In this document: positions 10,901-25,500 of the stretch, piece by piece
Position numbering within the stretch: the stretch's first letter is position 1
Layout: each line of letters begins with the position of its first letter
Program-made: the position numbers and the translations under genes
The notes under the pieces: model-generated
What the model saw: only the letters and a program-made list of their open reading frames with translations
Told to the model about the DNA's origin: nothing
Database searches by the model: none
Assembly (NCBI GenBank): GCA_051294375.1
Contig: CM119263.1
Span: 1 to 64,000 of the forward strand
Direction of reading: 5' to 3'
DNA length: 64,000 nucleotides
Origin: Paraspadella gotoi
Taxonomy: Eukaryota > Animalia > Chaetognatha

Positions 10901-11823
10901 AAAAAGATTTAACAAAATAACTAATACCAATAATGGATAAGTTTAATACTGTTCCAATTAAAATTTGAATTTGGTCGGCTACCGCTTCCAAAGCCAGCTG
11001 AACCGAAAGGACAAATTATTTTATATCCTTAAATTATACCTACAGTTAGATTTCAAAAGTGAGAAACAGTATGAAACGAGTTACCTTGTGCTCCAGGAGA
11101 GCCGGGCGTATTTCTAGGGAAGTATTCGCTAATCTTTTTGGCGGCGCCGCCCGCTTTTCCGCAGTCCATCGCGCCGCGCTGCCCGTCGGAGCCGCTGTCT
11201 TGATTCTTTCTTTTGCGACGCCGCTCGCCGGGCGTTTTCTTTTCGGCGCTTCCGGTGGTGGCGGGTGGCGCCTCGCGCGGGGGCTCTTGCATGCCGTGGT
11301 TAATCTCGTCGCTGTTTCGCGACCCGTTGCTCTGGTTCGAGTTTCCGTCCACGAATCCGACTCCGCCGATTCCTGGGGGGGGAATGTTGGATAGTTATCA
11401 CTGGGCGAATGAGGAGCGATAGCGGAGAGGGGATAAGACTTTCGGTCAAAGCCCAAATATAAATTAAAAACCTTTATGGTCCGAAGCTAAGGGACTGCTT
11501 ATATTGAACGGTTCAGTCATTAAATCATATCTATAATTACTGTCTCTTCACCTTTTTCAATTAACATATTTCTTTCTACGTAGTACTTAAAAAACTCAAT
11601 AAAAGAATTAATTCATCAAATTTTTCGGCCAAACGAAAAGGAAGTGATAAAACAACTGACCGCCTTGAGCGTGAGCGTTAACTCCATGGCTCGGCGCCGA
11701 CGGATTGGAGACGTTCATCTGGTTGGAGGGAATTGCCGGCCTCTGAACTCCCTCGAAGCGCGCCTCGAGGAGAGCCTGACGCCGGGCATCAATCTGAGGA
11801 CTGATGTGAGTTACTCCATCCAT
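4929..11823 (-). CDS. TLK: Tousled-like serine/threonine kinase; exons 11823-11661, 11372-11085, ~7090-6663, 6530-6345, 6203-4929
   Basis: N-terminal [12 protein letters not shown]; KKISEYF; [26 protein letters not shown]; kinase motifs [36 protein letters not shown]; GT-AG boundaries. Confidence 0.96.
9038..9271 (-). mobile_element. Family C solo-LTR-like element (TGAAGAGAC...CCACCATA) with antisense tRNA-like module
   Basis: TSD CCAT on both sides; near-identical copies elsewhere in the window. Confidence 0.8.
9071..9142 (+). pseudogene. tRNA-derived (Gly-CCC-like) module inside family C
   Basis: Acceptor GCGGCCA/TGGTCGY, T-arm-like CGGGGTTCTAGCCCG, CT-CCC-AA anticodon loop; anticodon stem broken. 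Confidence 0.55.
10051..10282 (+). mobile_element. Family C solo-LTR-like element
   Basis: TSD ATTC; the empty site is visible in the paralogous host repeat near 39475-39490. Confidence 0.85.
11475..11550 (-). mobile_element. Internally deleted family C element
   Basis: Both termini retained with TSD CCTT. Confidence 0.75.
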
Positions 11824-13573
11824 GTTAGGACGAATTGACCGAGAGAATTTCGCCGGGTCTCCTTCCTTTTACCGAAGGAGCGACTTCTCCCCCTTGGAGA
11901 AGGAAATCCAAAGAGATCCAGAGGATGCAGTATTTTGTGTAGCTCGTCGTTGGGCGAAGGTGAATCCAATTGCAGCTGATCTTTACTGTTGCTGCAGCAG
12001 CTTAATGACTTCCAAAATTTAAGATGGCGGAAGCCTTCTCTCAGTGACTCGGGGGGGGAAAAAAAAAAGAGAATGGATAAGAAGGGAGAGAATGGGATGA
12101 GTTTTTTTTCTCGAGCCGCCGCCGCCGTCGGACCTGGTCTCTGTCTCAGTCCGTGTCCATTTCCACGGGGGCGGGTCCGACAGCTTCCCCGGGATGGTTA
12201 TTTCCCGCTATCCATCGGCGCGGGTCTCTCGATCGATGGGAAATTGGGTAAAAATGTCCGGAAGTGACCAGGCGGCCATAAGCAGTTGGGCGATCACTTT
12301 CCAGAATTGTTGCACAGATATCGTTGCAAAGGTCCCGACGTTATGAGGAACCTGAAAAAAGAAAAGAGCATCCGAACGTGTGAAGAATCGAGTCCATCAT
12401 TAAAGATTAAAGAGATTTCAGGCTTCAAAGACGACCATAACTTCCGCCGCGGAAAATCTACTCGACTTTCCGGCGTCACCGACGAAAACGACTCGAATTT
12501 AGCGATGATACAAAGTGAATAAGCGGTTAAAGTCCTCCAGTTATTAAACAGTAAATTGCACGGGTTCGCGAAGAAAGAGGAGGGAGTGGGAGAGAGATGT
12601 TGAAAATGGCTCCGCACGAATCGAGCCGCGCGACCTCTCTCGCCGCTTCCATTCTATAAATGAGCATTCCAGCTCATGGTCGTCGTCGTCGTCGCCGCCT
12701 TTGGCAGCGTGCACGTTATTTAATAAGGAACGAGAAATGAGGACTTCCATTCATGAAAAAGCTTTAAAGAAACGAATGAATGATTAAGAGTGAATATCGA
12801 GATCAAGAGACCTGGTACAGAATTATTATGCAATTGTAGGTGGCAATTAGTACCAAACGTACGTTACGTTACGTTACGTAGAAACAAAACAGTTTGTTTA
12901 GATATCATTTACAAGTTAGACAATTCTTCAAATTTTTGGTGATATATTAATTTATGGAGCGTATAAATAAAATTGTTGCTAGAAAATTTTCTCAAGAAAG
13001 TAGTTTTAAATATTAAACATACTTTAAAAACGTATAGATGTTTACACAAACCCTAACTCACTTTAATTAGTTAATTTTTTTAAAGCTATTTAAAATTTTT
13101 TTAAAGAATTTCTTAGCCAATTCCTACTCGGTACATATTTTCTTGTTACAACACATCTGACATTTTTGTCGTCAAAATAACTAATATTTTTTTTTCAATT
13201 TTAACGGTTCTGACTATATCGTTTGAGTAAAAATTTCAAATTTAAATAATATTCTTCAGTAAACGTCTTTATAGTAATTTTATGGCATAAATGATATTAA
13301 CACATTTTACGGAGTCAAATCAAAAATTAGGAAACCAATATGATAAAAATAAAATCATAAAAATAATGAAGAAAAGTTTACAAAGCGATGATCTAAAAAA
13401 TATATCATCGCTGCCTATAAGCTAAGAAAATGACTTTCAATTTCATGCAAAAAACGCGATGCATTCAAATCATCTGAAAGATAGAGAAGACAATCAGACC
13501 GGAGGAAGAGTTAGAAAGAGAAAGGGGGACGAACAGACGAGACAAATTCCACCCGTTGGTTCTCTCCTTTTTT

Positions 13574-16500
13574 TCACGATTTGTTTCCACTTTTGCGACG
13601 AGATTTCGTCTTGTTGGACTTTTTCCTCTCGACTCTCGGCTTCGATTCAACTTGGACGCCGTCGCCTCCTCCTTCAGAACCGTGGTCGGCAGAGAGTCCC
13701 GTGTTTCCGGCGACCTCGACTTCTCTCGCGGGCGACGGCGACGCAATCTGATCGATTTGTGGCTGCTCCGTGCTTTCCGTCGGAGAAAAGCATCTGGGCG
13801 GATCTGGCTCGCGAACCTCGTGGAAGGAGGGTGAGAAGCAGCCCATCTTGTAGAGGACGTCGAGTTCGTCGTTTTCGAAGTCGCGGAGGACGGCGTTAAA
13901 GCCGAAGCGAGCGACGCCACCGTCATGAGTGGAGGAACGGTACTCTGTCGTCAAGGGGACGATCACATGCGCCTCTTTCTTCCATTCGTTTTCAGGCTCG
14001 CCGTCGGTGCTAAAGGTCGGATCGTCGGCGAGGCTTTCCAGAATAGTTCTCCTTTGTCGCTTGGGGCGTTTGCGGGGCGACTTGGACGCCGATGCCGCGA
14101 GATCTTCCTCAGAGGAAAAGTCTGACCTTTCCACAATAGGTTCTTGAAGGGGTGACGCTCCCGGGGGCCGTGGACGATCGTCAAATAAATTTTGTTGCGA
14201 TGTGTCGACGGGCGCTTCGCCGGATTCCCAGCGAATCTTGCTCATCTGCTTGGTGCGAGACTTGGATTTTTTGCGCTTGCTTAATGAGTTCCCTTCTTTG
14301 ACCTCCTCGACCAACTCGGCGAAGTCGTCGACCGGCTCCGGCTTGACCTCGGAATCCTTTTTCTTGCACGCTCTGGCCTTTTTCGGTTTTGAAGGCGGAC
14401 TGGCCCAGGGGAGATCCAAGTCTTTTCCTAAAAGATCAACGTCGTCGTCTCCATCATCGACGACGCGTTCCGAGGTCGTCTCGATGTACAGTCCGTCGTC
14501 GGAATCTACCTCGAGGGAGGCTTTTGATTTTTTACTTTTGTTTTTCTTGGAGGATTTCTTTTTGGCCTTTGGTTCGTCGATTCGTTTATCAACTTGGAGA
14601 TCGAGAGGATCGGCTGCATCGATTTCAGATTTTAATTTCCTCTCCCCAACGTTATCTTCATCGATGGAAGATCTTTGAAGGTGGTCCACTATCGGACGAG
14701 TGGAAGAAACACTTTTGCCTTTGCTATCTTTCCTCTTGTTTTTGGAAGTCTTTTTACGAATCGGCTTAAGGTCTTCTTTACTTTCTTTCCTTAGGAAATG
14801 CTCCGCTTCCCGCTCGCGTTTGATCGTCTCCTCATTAAAAACTTGGTCGTGATTTAGGTCGATGTTGTGGAAATCCTCACCCAACGAGATTTTCGAATAT
14901 ATTTCCCTTCCGTCCGTTTTTTCTGGTTGTTCTTTGAAAGAGATAACACCTTTCTTTTTGTTCTTCTTCTTAGTCTCAGAGGGCAAATCGGACGAGTCCT
15001 CGCACTTTTTTGGTCGCTTTTTATAGGAGATTCCATCGGAGAGAACCTCGTGAGTATCTTGGAATTTCCTTGGTCGTCTCCTCTCCGATGAAGCATCCGT
15101 TGAATCCTCGTAAATCCCATCTCCTTTAGGACGCTTCTTCTCCGAACGATTTTCCAAAGCTGAATTCTCTTCGCTTCTTTTCGTTCGTCTCCTCGAGGAA
15201 ACTGGGGCCGCGTCTGCGCCATCATCTTCCCTTCTCAATCTTCTTCTCTCCGCTTCGTCCTCCGAATCTGATCCGGCGTTGGGCGCCATCTTCTGCTTCT
15301 TTTTCGTCTTCAGCTTTTTCCTCGGGTTCGAGTGTTTTTTCGATTCGCGAAAACCCGGGTCGACGTCACTCTCGAAGGGAGTCTCGTTTCCGGTGGAGAG
15401 CGGCTCCCTCTCAGAGGACGCGTCGCCCGACTTTCTTCTCGGACTCGTCACCCTCCTCGCCACCCTTGCCTTTTTCCTTCGTCCTCGATCCTCCTTGGAG
15501 TCGAGGGCGTCGCCGGATTCGTGCGTCGTCCCGTCTTCGGGCCGCTTTTCGAACGCCTCGTCCAACTCCGCCCCTGCGTTTCCTTCCTCCGCGAAGACCG
15601 CGTCCTTAGAGGATTCGCCAGAATCGCTGGCGAGGGATTTGGCAGCGGCGGCCGCGCCCGGCCGAGATTCCTCGCTAGATTCTGACACAGTTTTGCGACG
15701 AGACTTGGGTTTGGGATTTTCCGGAGTGGAGACGACGTCGAGATCCTCGCCGTCGACGGTTTGGTCCTTGGAATTGTCTAGCGCGTGAGTCGAAGCGTCG
15801 GCGTCCCCCTCGAAGCTGCTGTTCTTGGAAGCGTCCTTGTTGAAGTAGTGCGCGTGATAGTCTGTTTTCGATCGCTTGGGGCGAAAGAGATAATTCTCGA
15901 AAAACTCCATCGTCCTTCTCTTCTTCCCGGATCCGCAAGGGATGAGGAAGCCTCTCTCGGTCAAAAGGATTCCACTCTCATCGTTGGCTTCAGGCTCCGT
16001 CGTTCGGTCCTCCTCCTCCTCCTCCTCCTCGCTTTCCCTCTTCAACTTCTTTCCCTTCTCGCGGACTTTGGCGGAGGCGAGGGGATTTTCCAGCGAGGAA
16101 CCGTCGTCGCCGGACCCTCCGTTGAAGCCAGCCTCTGCGCCTTGGAGTTCCCCCTCAATCTGTGGCGGCGACGGTCTTCGCTTCTTCCTTTTTTCCGCGC
16201 CTTTGAGCTTCTGGGCGGCGTTGGTCTCGTTGTCGGTGCTGTCAGAAACGCTAGAGTCTTTTGCCAATTGGTGCTCCGAAATGGCCGAAGGTTTAGGGTT
16301 TCCTCGAGCGAGAGAGTCGAGAACTTGTTCCAAACTCTTTCGCTGTTCCTTCTTTTTCGTTTGGACAGGATGAGGTTGAAGGACAACGTCCTCGTCGTCG
16401 TCGTCGTCGTTCTCAGATTTCTTGTCCTCTGGACGAGGTTTTGATTTCCCAGCTTTTCCATCTTTGTCCAATGATTCGAAATAAGCGTCCTCTCTGAAAA

Positions 16501-19500
16501 AATATGCCAAAAATTAAAAAAAAGCAAAAATAAATACCGTCATTAAGTCTTAATTTAAATGATGGATGGACTTTAATCTGGAGTGATACGAAAGAACTTG
16601 TAATATCATCAAAATTAAGATCAATCAGGTTATGAAAGTTTTTATCCTGGTAGAAAAATACTGAATTTTTTTTCTCAATCAATTCCCAACATTCTAGCTT
16701 GGCTAATTTCCTTTTTTCGATAGAGTAAATTTCTGAAGAGGCTTAATTTTTACTAATGAAGAAGGCTCCAATTAAAATAATAAATAATTTCTTTTAATAA
16801 AGAAGGCTTGACTTTTAATCTTTCAGCTCCAATTAAAATAATAAATAATTTTTTTTAATAAAGAAGGCTTGACTTTTAATCCTTCAGCTCCAATTAAAAT
16901 AATAATTTTTAATAATTTTCAATAATTCTCAAAATCTGCAAATAATTTTAATTTTGATCCCACACCTGATTTAATGTCCTCCAATAGTATTTTGAACGCG
17001 TTACATAAACCAAACGAAACAGTTTTCTTACTATTATTTTACAGTAACTGCATCTCCGTACTACGATATGGCCGTTTAGTTAAAGACTTTCGTTGTAAAT
17101 ATATGTACCAACTAAATGTAGCCATTAATAATGGAATTCGTAAGATCTTTGACTGGCATAGATGGGACTGCGTCAGAAACCTTAGACCTTAGTTAGAGAA
17201 TGTTTTGGATACCCTGACATTAATCATATTTTTATCGAAAATAAGTCATGAACGATTCATGAAACCATTTAAGTATGTAGACAGTGATTTCAACATGAAA
17301 CCAAAGTGGCTTTTATTCTTAAAAAAGTTACAAGCAAAGACGGTGTCAGAATTAACTGACGAAAAATAAAATTTTGTCTTATTTCTATGAAAATTAAATA
17401 TAAATAGAAATGATCTCGTAGATTAGTTTTTCTTCGCGTTAACCTCTTAATTCTATTTTTATTTGTTTGGTTTATTTTGTTGCTGATGTATGCTACTTTA
17501 CTAGTAGTTTTTTAACTAATAAATTTTATAAAAATCATACAGACTAAAAGGATTGAGTTTAATCAAGTCTTTTCGTATCACTGAAAAATACCTAAAGTCC
17601 GTGTAAATACCATGACGGAAAAATTTTTTTATAAAAATCGGTTAATTTCATTATCGAATATATTTTTAGCCAATAAATAAGTTTTAATATATAAAATAAC
17701 CTCCCTAGGACTGAATAAAAAGATTATTTTTAACAGCATAGAATTATTTAATGCATACAAATACTTAAAAAAAAAAGGTTATCTGATAATACATCCAGAA
17801 ATAAATAAAAATAATAATTTTACAGAAAGGTTACCCGGAACCTTATAAATTTTATTGATACTTTACAATATAAAAATAATATTCTGGAATAGCATCAATA
17901 TATATGAATTAAGATTCATCCATAAATTTATCCTTATGGAGATGATGCAATAACCATTTGACATGAGACTGAGAAAATATAAAGATTTTTAATAATAATA
18001 ATTTAATTAAAAAACCTATAAATTAATATAAATTAAAAATATATATATAAAAAGGATAAAAAGAAGAAAATATTTTTGTATGGAACTTCTTATATTTTTT
18101 GTCGTACATAAATAAGATGCAGCTATCACAAGAAACCAAAACTTCTCGATATTTAAATTTAATTTTTTGATTCTTACATTAAAATACCAAAAAATAGCTG
18201 AAAAGAACCGCGACAATTTTTTTTTTCCATCATGGTATCTACAGGAAAAAGGAAAAAAAGAAAAGGTTAAAAGATTAAAATGGAAAAATTGTTCACCTGT
18301 AATCGACTTTCTTGGTTCGACAATTCCGCCGCAGCGGTTGTTCGAGCCTCGCTTTTTCCCCGTCCTTCGCTCTGCTCTCTTTGCTCTTTTTAGTCTTGCA
18401 CTTTTTCCCTTTGGCCTTAACCTCATCTCCGTCCAAAGCCTCGATGGTTTTGGAAAGGCGCTCCGTGATTTTCGACAAGGGTTCGTCATCGTCGTCGTCG
18501 CTATAAACGTCGCTGACCCGCTGCTTCTTCCCGCCTCCGGTTTTAGATTTGACATCCGGGGCCTTTTTGCTGCGAAGATTCTCTACGGGTGAGAGGACGA
18601 AGAGGCCGGCCTTCTTCAACTCTTCCTCGTCCTCGAAGAAGGCGTAGGGATCTCGCTCGTCGACGCCGGGTTCCGTCTCGGCTTCGCTAACGTCGCCGCC
18701 GACACCCTCTTCAATTTCCTTCATCTCCGTCGTCTTCGTCTTTCCCTTCTTCGTCTTCTTCTCTTTCCGCACGACGCTCTCATCACTTCCGGCTGCGGCC
18801 GCCTTTTTCCCCGCCTTTTTGCCGACGGAGCTTTTGGCTTTGGGCTTAAGTTTCTTCGCCTTCTTCACCTTTGGCGATGAAGTCTTCAGGGCCGACGTGT
18901 CATGTTCCGAAGATTTCGATTCCTCCCCGTTGGGTTCGTCGGCGGAGATTTTGATGGAATCGGTTTCTCGTCGAGAGGAATCTCTTCTCCGTCCTCTGGG
19001 ACTCCCCGACCCGTTTCGGTCGGCGGCAGGGGATTGGCGCTCGCTTACCTTTTTTTGCCTCGACTTTCTAGTTTTCTTTGAGGGCGGAAGAGTCACGGAT
19101 TCGCCCGACGCGTCGGCTGCGTCGGTCGGCTCCGGTTTCCCGACAGAAACGGACTCTTCAACAACCGGCTCCTCCATTGTTCTCGGCGCCTCTTCCGCTT
19201 TCTGTTCTTCTAGTTCGACTTCCGGCGCAATTTCCGGCCAATCCAACCGTCGGTCCGTGAGGCTCGATTCGCCGGAGACGACTTGGCGAGGCGATCGCAC
19301 TTCGTTGGATATCTCTGCGTCGGATGGATACTCTGTCAAACTTTCGTCCTGCTTCGTGACGGCATTGTCCGATCGGCTTGACTTGGATGGACTGTGAATC
19401 AGATTAGGTTCTAGGTTGATGCTCAATCTGACTTCGCCGTCGTCGCTATCGTCGTCATCATTGACGTTGTCATCTTCGGAGCCGGAAGCGGCCTCCTTGG

Positions 19501-22500
19501 GCTTCTCGACGTTGACTACGCTCAAAAAGGGCATGGGTTCTCCGCCGGAAAGGGACGACTCCTCCCTCCGCGGTTCCATCTCCGGCAGAATTTGATCCTT
19601 AAGTCCGTTGTGCTCGGACGGCATCATGGTGAGGAGATTGATTGGCGCAGGCGCCTGACTAGGGTTGTTGCTGAATAGTTTTGAAATGTTGTGCATCCGG
19701 TCGAGGGCGCTGAGATCCTCCTCGCCCATTTTCCCGCGCTTTTTGGCTTTGGCGGGAGAGTTGAGTTTAGAGTCGGCCTCTTTGGGCGGCTCCTCTTTTT
19801 TGGCGATCCGCGGACGAAGGTTCTTGGCACGCGTCTGCGCCTCGTCGGCGTCCTTGACAGAGACCCGAGCCTCTTCGTCGCTTTCGTCGTTACTTTCGCT
19901 CTTAGTGGACGGGGCCACATGATGTCGATGCTTCTTCTTTTTCTTCTTTCGTTTCGATTCTTCTTCTTCGCTTTCGTCTTCGATCAATTTGGATGATTTG
20001 GTTCGACCTCGTGGGCGACCTTTGGTCTTCTTCGGCGCCGACGCTTCTTCCGGATCCTCTTTGCCGAGACTTCCGCTTCCCCCGCCGATGCTGCTGGCGC
20101 TGCTGGATCGGATAAGACCGTCGCTCTTTCGTTTCGCGTTGGGCTTGGCGCCGAGCGAGCCCGATTCTTCGTCGTCTTGGGGTTGGTCCTTGGGTTCCAC
20201 GTCTTCGGATCTCGTTTCGACGGGGGTCTTGGGCGTCGCCGGCGTCTTTGGTGTGGCCGGAGTCTTGGGCGGAGTCTTAGGCGGCGTCTTGCCGTCTGGG
20301 GAACAGATCTGAAGTCTATCGGCGTCGCTGTCCTCGGAGTCAGAGTCGTGATGGGAAGATGGAGCTGGCGTCAATGAGGCGGCGCCGGAATCGATGCCTT
20401 TCTGCGGACTGTTGGCGCCTCCAACGCTGAGGGGGCCGCTACTGGCGTTGCTGTTAGGATGGGCGTCGCTATCGTCTTTCTCCGATTTGCTTGACGTCGA
20501 TCCGCACGAATGGGGAGGTGTCGCCGGTTTACCCTGAGAGTGTTTATTGGGTTAAGTGATAGTTGTTCAATAAAAATCAAAATACGAAAAAATATCTTTA
20601 GATATAATGACAGATTTAAATTCCTTATAAATTTTTTTAAAAAATTTTTATAATTTAGTTAAATATAAGAAAAACTTCTATGCTGAAAATTTGGAATATA
20701 ATCTAAAAGATTTTTAAAGTGGGCGTTTAAAGATATGAGAAAATATGAGATATCAAACTTCATTCATCCTAATTTTACTGTAAAAAAGTAAAATAAATTA
20801 ATGTTGATAACGTTTTTCTATTATATAAGCTTACTTGTCGGAAATAATTTTTTTTATAGTAATAGGTACGTTTAGCGGTAAGCAGCGAATCAGATTCTAA
20901 GTAATGATAAATCTTGCAATTTCTTTTTTATTTGTTACAATTCATCAACAATATTTATAATTTGAAGTTATTTTTTATGGGATAGTCGTTTTAATTCAAG
21001 TAATATTGCAAATTATGGTCGTTATGGTAAAAGGTGGTTATAGTGGTTATGACGCAGAGACAGATCACGCTGAATTTGCTTCCCACCCTACTTATGATCA
21101 TTTTTACTTCACTCGGTCGCCATATTTGATTCATAATCTTTTAGTTATAGTTGTTGTTTGGTACTCGGAGACCTAAGGTACTGTCTCCATGAGTGTCAAC
21201 CGCCCGAAAGAAGGGCAATAGGGTCAGGAAAAGAAGAAAGCTGACAAAAAGTCCAGAAAAATGCTTACAAAAAATTGTAGTAGCGTTATGTTAAGAGCCT
21301 TGGTTACCTTACCATTGGTCAAGTCGAATATTTTTTCCAAATCTTTAAAAAAGTTTTGCTCAAATTGAGAATATTATATGTTTTATATAAAAAAATGATA
21401 AAAGCTTGAAATAAAATAAAATTTAAAAAATATATGTTTGTATTTGTATCTATTTAAAATATTGTAATATGATAAACAAGCAGTGGGTCAAGCTTTTTGT
21501 TTCCAGTTAAAAATAATGAAAATGATTATTTTTTTTTCACAGATAAAAAGGTAGACAACCAAACTGTTTCTATTAAACTGAAAATAACTTTTAATTTATA
21601 ATTTACATAATTAAAAATAACATTTTATCATGCTACTATATGTGTTTTTGCTTGTTTTTTACTTTAACTAAAAAATACAGCAAATTTATGGAGTAAAAGA
21701 GCTTTATTGGTAATCAAAATGTAATTCAGTCTTTCTTTTTCCAAATCCAAAGAAGAAAAATCTTAAAAAGTATAAAGATCGTCGCAATCGCATAAGAAAA
21801 GTCTGGATTGACGACAAATTTTGATACTAAACAAATCAAATTTAAAAAAAATAAAGAAAATAAAAATAAAATAAAAAAGAAATAAAATAAAATAAAAGAA
21901 TAATAAATATTAAAACAGTAAATAACTTATTTTCGAGTTTAATTTTTAGCAAGTGCTAAGTCTGGAAAAACATTATTGAAGGTACTTTTGTTTTACTTTT
22001 AGCCCGCATAAGCGAGCAGTTTGATCGAATGCGACAAAAGACAAAAGCAAAGTGAAACTTGAATCAGACTGACGAAGTGAAAGCTAAAGGACTAAAGTGA
22101 AGTAAAGTGAAATAAAGTAAAATAAAATAATAAAGTAAAATTAGACACATTTGAATCCGACAAAGTTTTAATTAGATAACCAGTCTGGCTGTCATTCTGT
22201 TCGTTTTTTCCAAGCTCTTTTTAACTAAAAAAGTTTTATTTAAAAAAAAAACTTTTTCGCCCGAGCCAGGGGTGTTGAAGAGTCAAAATATAAAAATTCA
22301 CCATTTTTTAGTATTTTTAGCTTTTTCCAGTTAATTTTTTTAATATAATAACTTTAATCAAGTTAATTACTTCTTGATAATGATTTTAATTTATCTTATT
22401 TAACTGTTTTTAAAACATTCATTAAAAAATTTAATTTTTAGCTTAAGCCAAGGGTGTTGAACAGCTAAAATATTTAAATATTTTTTTTTAATATTTATAA

Positions 22501-25500
22501 ATTATAATTTATTATTTTTTAAAGATAACTTATTTTAATTATATGGTAATAAAAATATTTGATATCTTTAAATGCTTTGAGGCGACTTACCACAGCTTTA
22601 ACTTAATCAATTAATTTAATGATGTTTTTTAAAACTGAAAACCCCAAAAACTTCTATGATCCAAAGCAATTAATTTTAATTTTTAATCATAAAATGTAAT
22701 TGTTACAAGATAAAATTATTTAAATAATATTCGGATATTACTATAAAAAATATATTTACTTTATACTATAAATATAATTTTATTTAAAAAATAATATCTG
22801 CATATAAATTTTGTATGAATAAGAGTAATAGTTTGGTTTAACTCTATATACAAATATTTTGTTATTGAATAAAATAATTTTTTTTTAATATACAATAATT
22901 TAAAAAAAAATAATTAGTTGGTTTTTACTTTTTTCATTAAATAATTGTTTAACAAAGAAGTTTTGTTTTTCTTACTAAATCTAAAAACAAGGAAAAAAAA
23001 GTTATGATTTATAAAATTAAAAATAACTACCTCTTATAATCCGATTCATATATTTAAATTAATTCATAAATTCATTTAGATACTATTTTACTATATAATA
23101 ATATTGTTAATTAATTTACTTGATTAGCAAATTATTACAAGTTTAAAGTATAAACATTGTGTTGAACTTTTTTATTACATTTTTAGATTAAAAAAAAATT
23201 TATATTAACAAAAAATTTAATGAATTTGTTAGTAATTTTATTTTTATCGTTGTTAACAAATTCATAAAATTTTTTTGTAATCTTTGTAATCAACAGATCA
23301 AACTATGAATACGTTAACAAACATTTTTTTAATAAAAAAAAGGTTTTTTTTAAGTTTAAATTAATAATTTTAATTAAAATATAAATCATTTCTATCCTAG
23401 CATCCCACGTAATTCCCTCCACTAGCCCTAGCCTCCGCTTTGCATTTAAGGCCAAGCATGAACCTCGAACCTATCATCGCACATAAAACTTTTCCCATCT
23501 GTAAGTTGGGTATAACTACAACAACCTTGTTGATCGTAATGCTAACTTTTACTTATTCATCCTGAATTACAACTACCTCAAATGTTAAAACTAAACACTA
23601 ACCCTTAACCTAATTTTAGTAAAATTGCCATAACTAGAACATTAGTTTCAGTTCATTAACAAAATTATTATTTTCTATGCGATATCGCATAAAATCTGGA
23701 TAGTGGAGATCATTTGAATAATTATATCTTTTTTGTAACAATTTCATTATATGATTAAAAAATTTTATGAATTGCTTTGTTTTAAAGAAGAATCTTTAAA
23801 AAAAAAAAATTTTTAGAAATAGGTCACAATAGTTTTTAATGCTTTTAATTATAAAAAATTAATTAACTATATTAATTAACTTAAAAAACCATTTAAAATT
23901 ATCAAATGTTTTTCACGGTAGGGCAGAGAGGATGTGAAAGAAACAAAAAAAGTGCCATCTCTGAAACCTATAAAATCTTAAAGTATACCCATGAGACACT
24001 TAATGTGGTAGGTCAGTAAAATTCGATAAAGGCAGGTTTTTTTTAAATGCTCATTAAAGTTTTTGAAAATTTTTTATAAAATTTTTAAAATAGTTTAGTC
24101 TAAATGCTTACAATTTTAATGTCTATACATCTATCATTATCTACAGAGCATAAGCTTTAATTTGAGACCTCTCCCAACTTTTTACGATTTTTTGTTATTG
24201 AATTATAAGTAAAAATCATAATTTAAAAAAAAAAATTAATAATCAATCAGTTCTTTCAAACGGATTATTTCTTAAAAATAAAAGTACAAATAGGTTCTCA
24301 AAATGCAGTTCTACTTATTAAGCCCTAAAAACAAATTTTTAAAAAAATTTATATAAATTTATTATGAAAAATAAATAATATAGATAATTAATTTTATTTT
24401 TTTAAGAAAAATATGTAATATTTAATTAAAACTTAATCTCAAATAAAATAACAGATAAATATTAGTTGAGCACTTTAATTCAAAATCATATCCAGCTTTA
24501 AAAAGTAATTATATAATTTATTACTTATCAAAAAAAAATTTTATTCTTAAAATTATATTATAATAATAACTCACTCAATATTTGATATATATTATTAATA
24601 GACAAATGTATAAAAATATTAACAAACATAATGCTTTAACTTTTAATTCTTAATTAGAGTATATATTAATATTTTTCAAAATATTTTTTTCATTTTTAAA
24701 ATTTTTTATATTAAAATTATTATTAATTAAAAAAAAACTTATTTTGAAGCCTAATAAGTAGATGGTGATAATAAAAGCTTTTTGAGGGAAAAAATTAATC
24801 ATAGACAGAGAGAGAGAGAGAGAAAGAAGCCAAATCGTTTTCAACAGCAGAGGCACCCAGAAAAAAAGAAAGAAATCAAAAGGCAGCAACAGAAGCAGCA
24901 CGAGAAAAGAGAAAAAAAAAAGAGCCCCTGCAGAGCCAGCTGCAGAGAAAGAAATCAAAAGGCCGTAGCAGAAGCAGCAGGAAAAAAGAGAAAAAGAATA
25001 AGCCACTGCAGGGCCAGCTGCAGACTCGTTTTTTTTCCTTTCTCTATGAATCAGTGACTAGGGAAAAGAGAGAGGGAGAGAGACATGTAATTAAGAGAGA
25101 AAAGAGAGAGAGAAAGAAATATAAAAATAAAAGAGAGAAAATTTGTTTTTGATAAAACGTAAACAAAACATATTTAATATCTGTCCAGACTCAATTTTAA
25201 GAGGAAAGGTCATTCAGCATAACAATACGTAATCATTGATGTATTAGAGCTAATACATCGAGAAATTCATTATAATCATCAAATTTGAGAAAATAAAATA
25301 AAATTATAAACAAAGAAAAATTCTATTTTGCGATAGTACGGAAGAAAATTAAAGTTACAGTTTCTGAAAAATACAAAATGATAACATGCACGAATGCGAT
25401 GCCTAATTTTACGAGTTCAATCCTAATTCAATTTTTTTTTAATAAAAACGCAGAGAGAGAGAAAAGAAAGAAATCAAAAGGCAGCAGCAGAAGCAGCAGG

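Noticed and set aside
13459-20377. Many plus-strand and alternative-frame ORFs
   Set aside because: Antisense shadows of GC-rich coding exons
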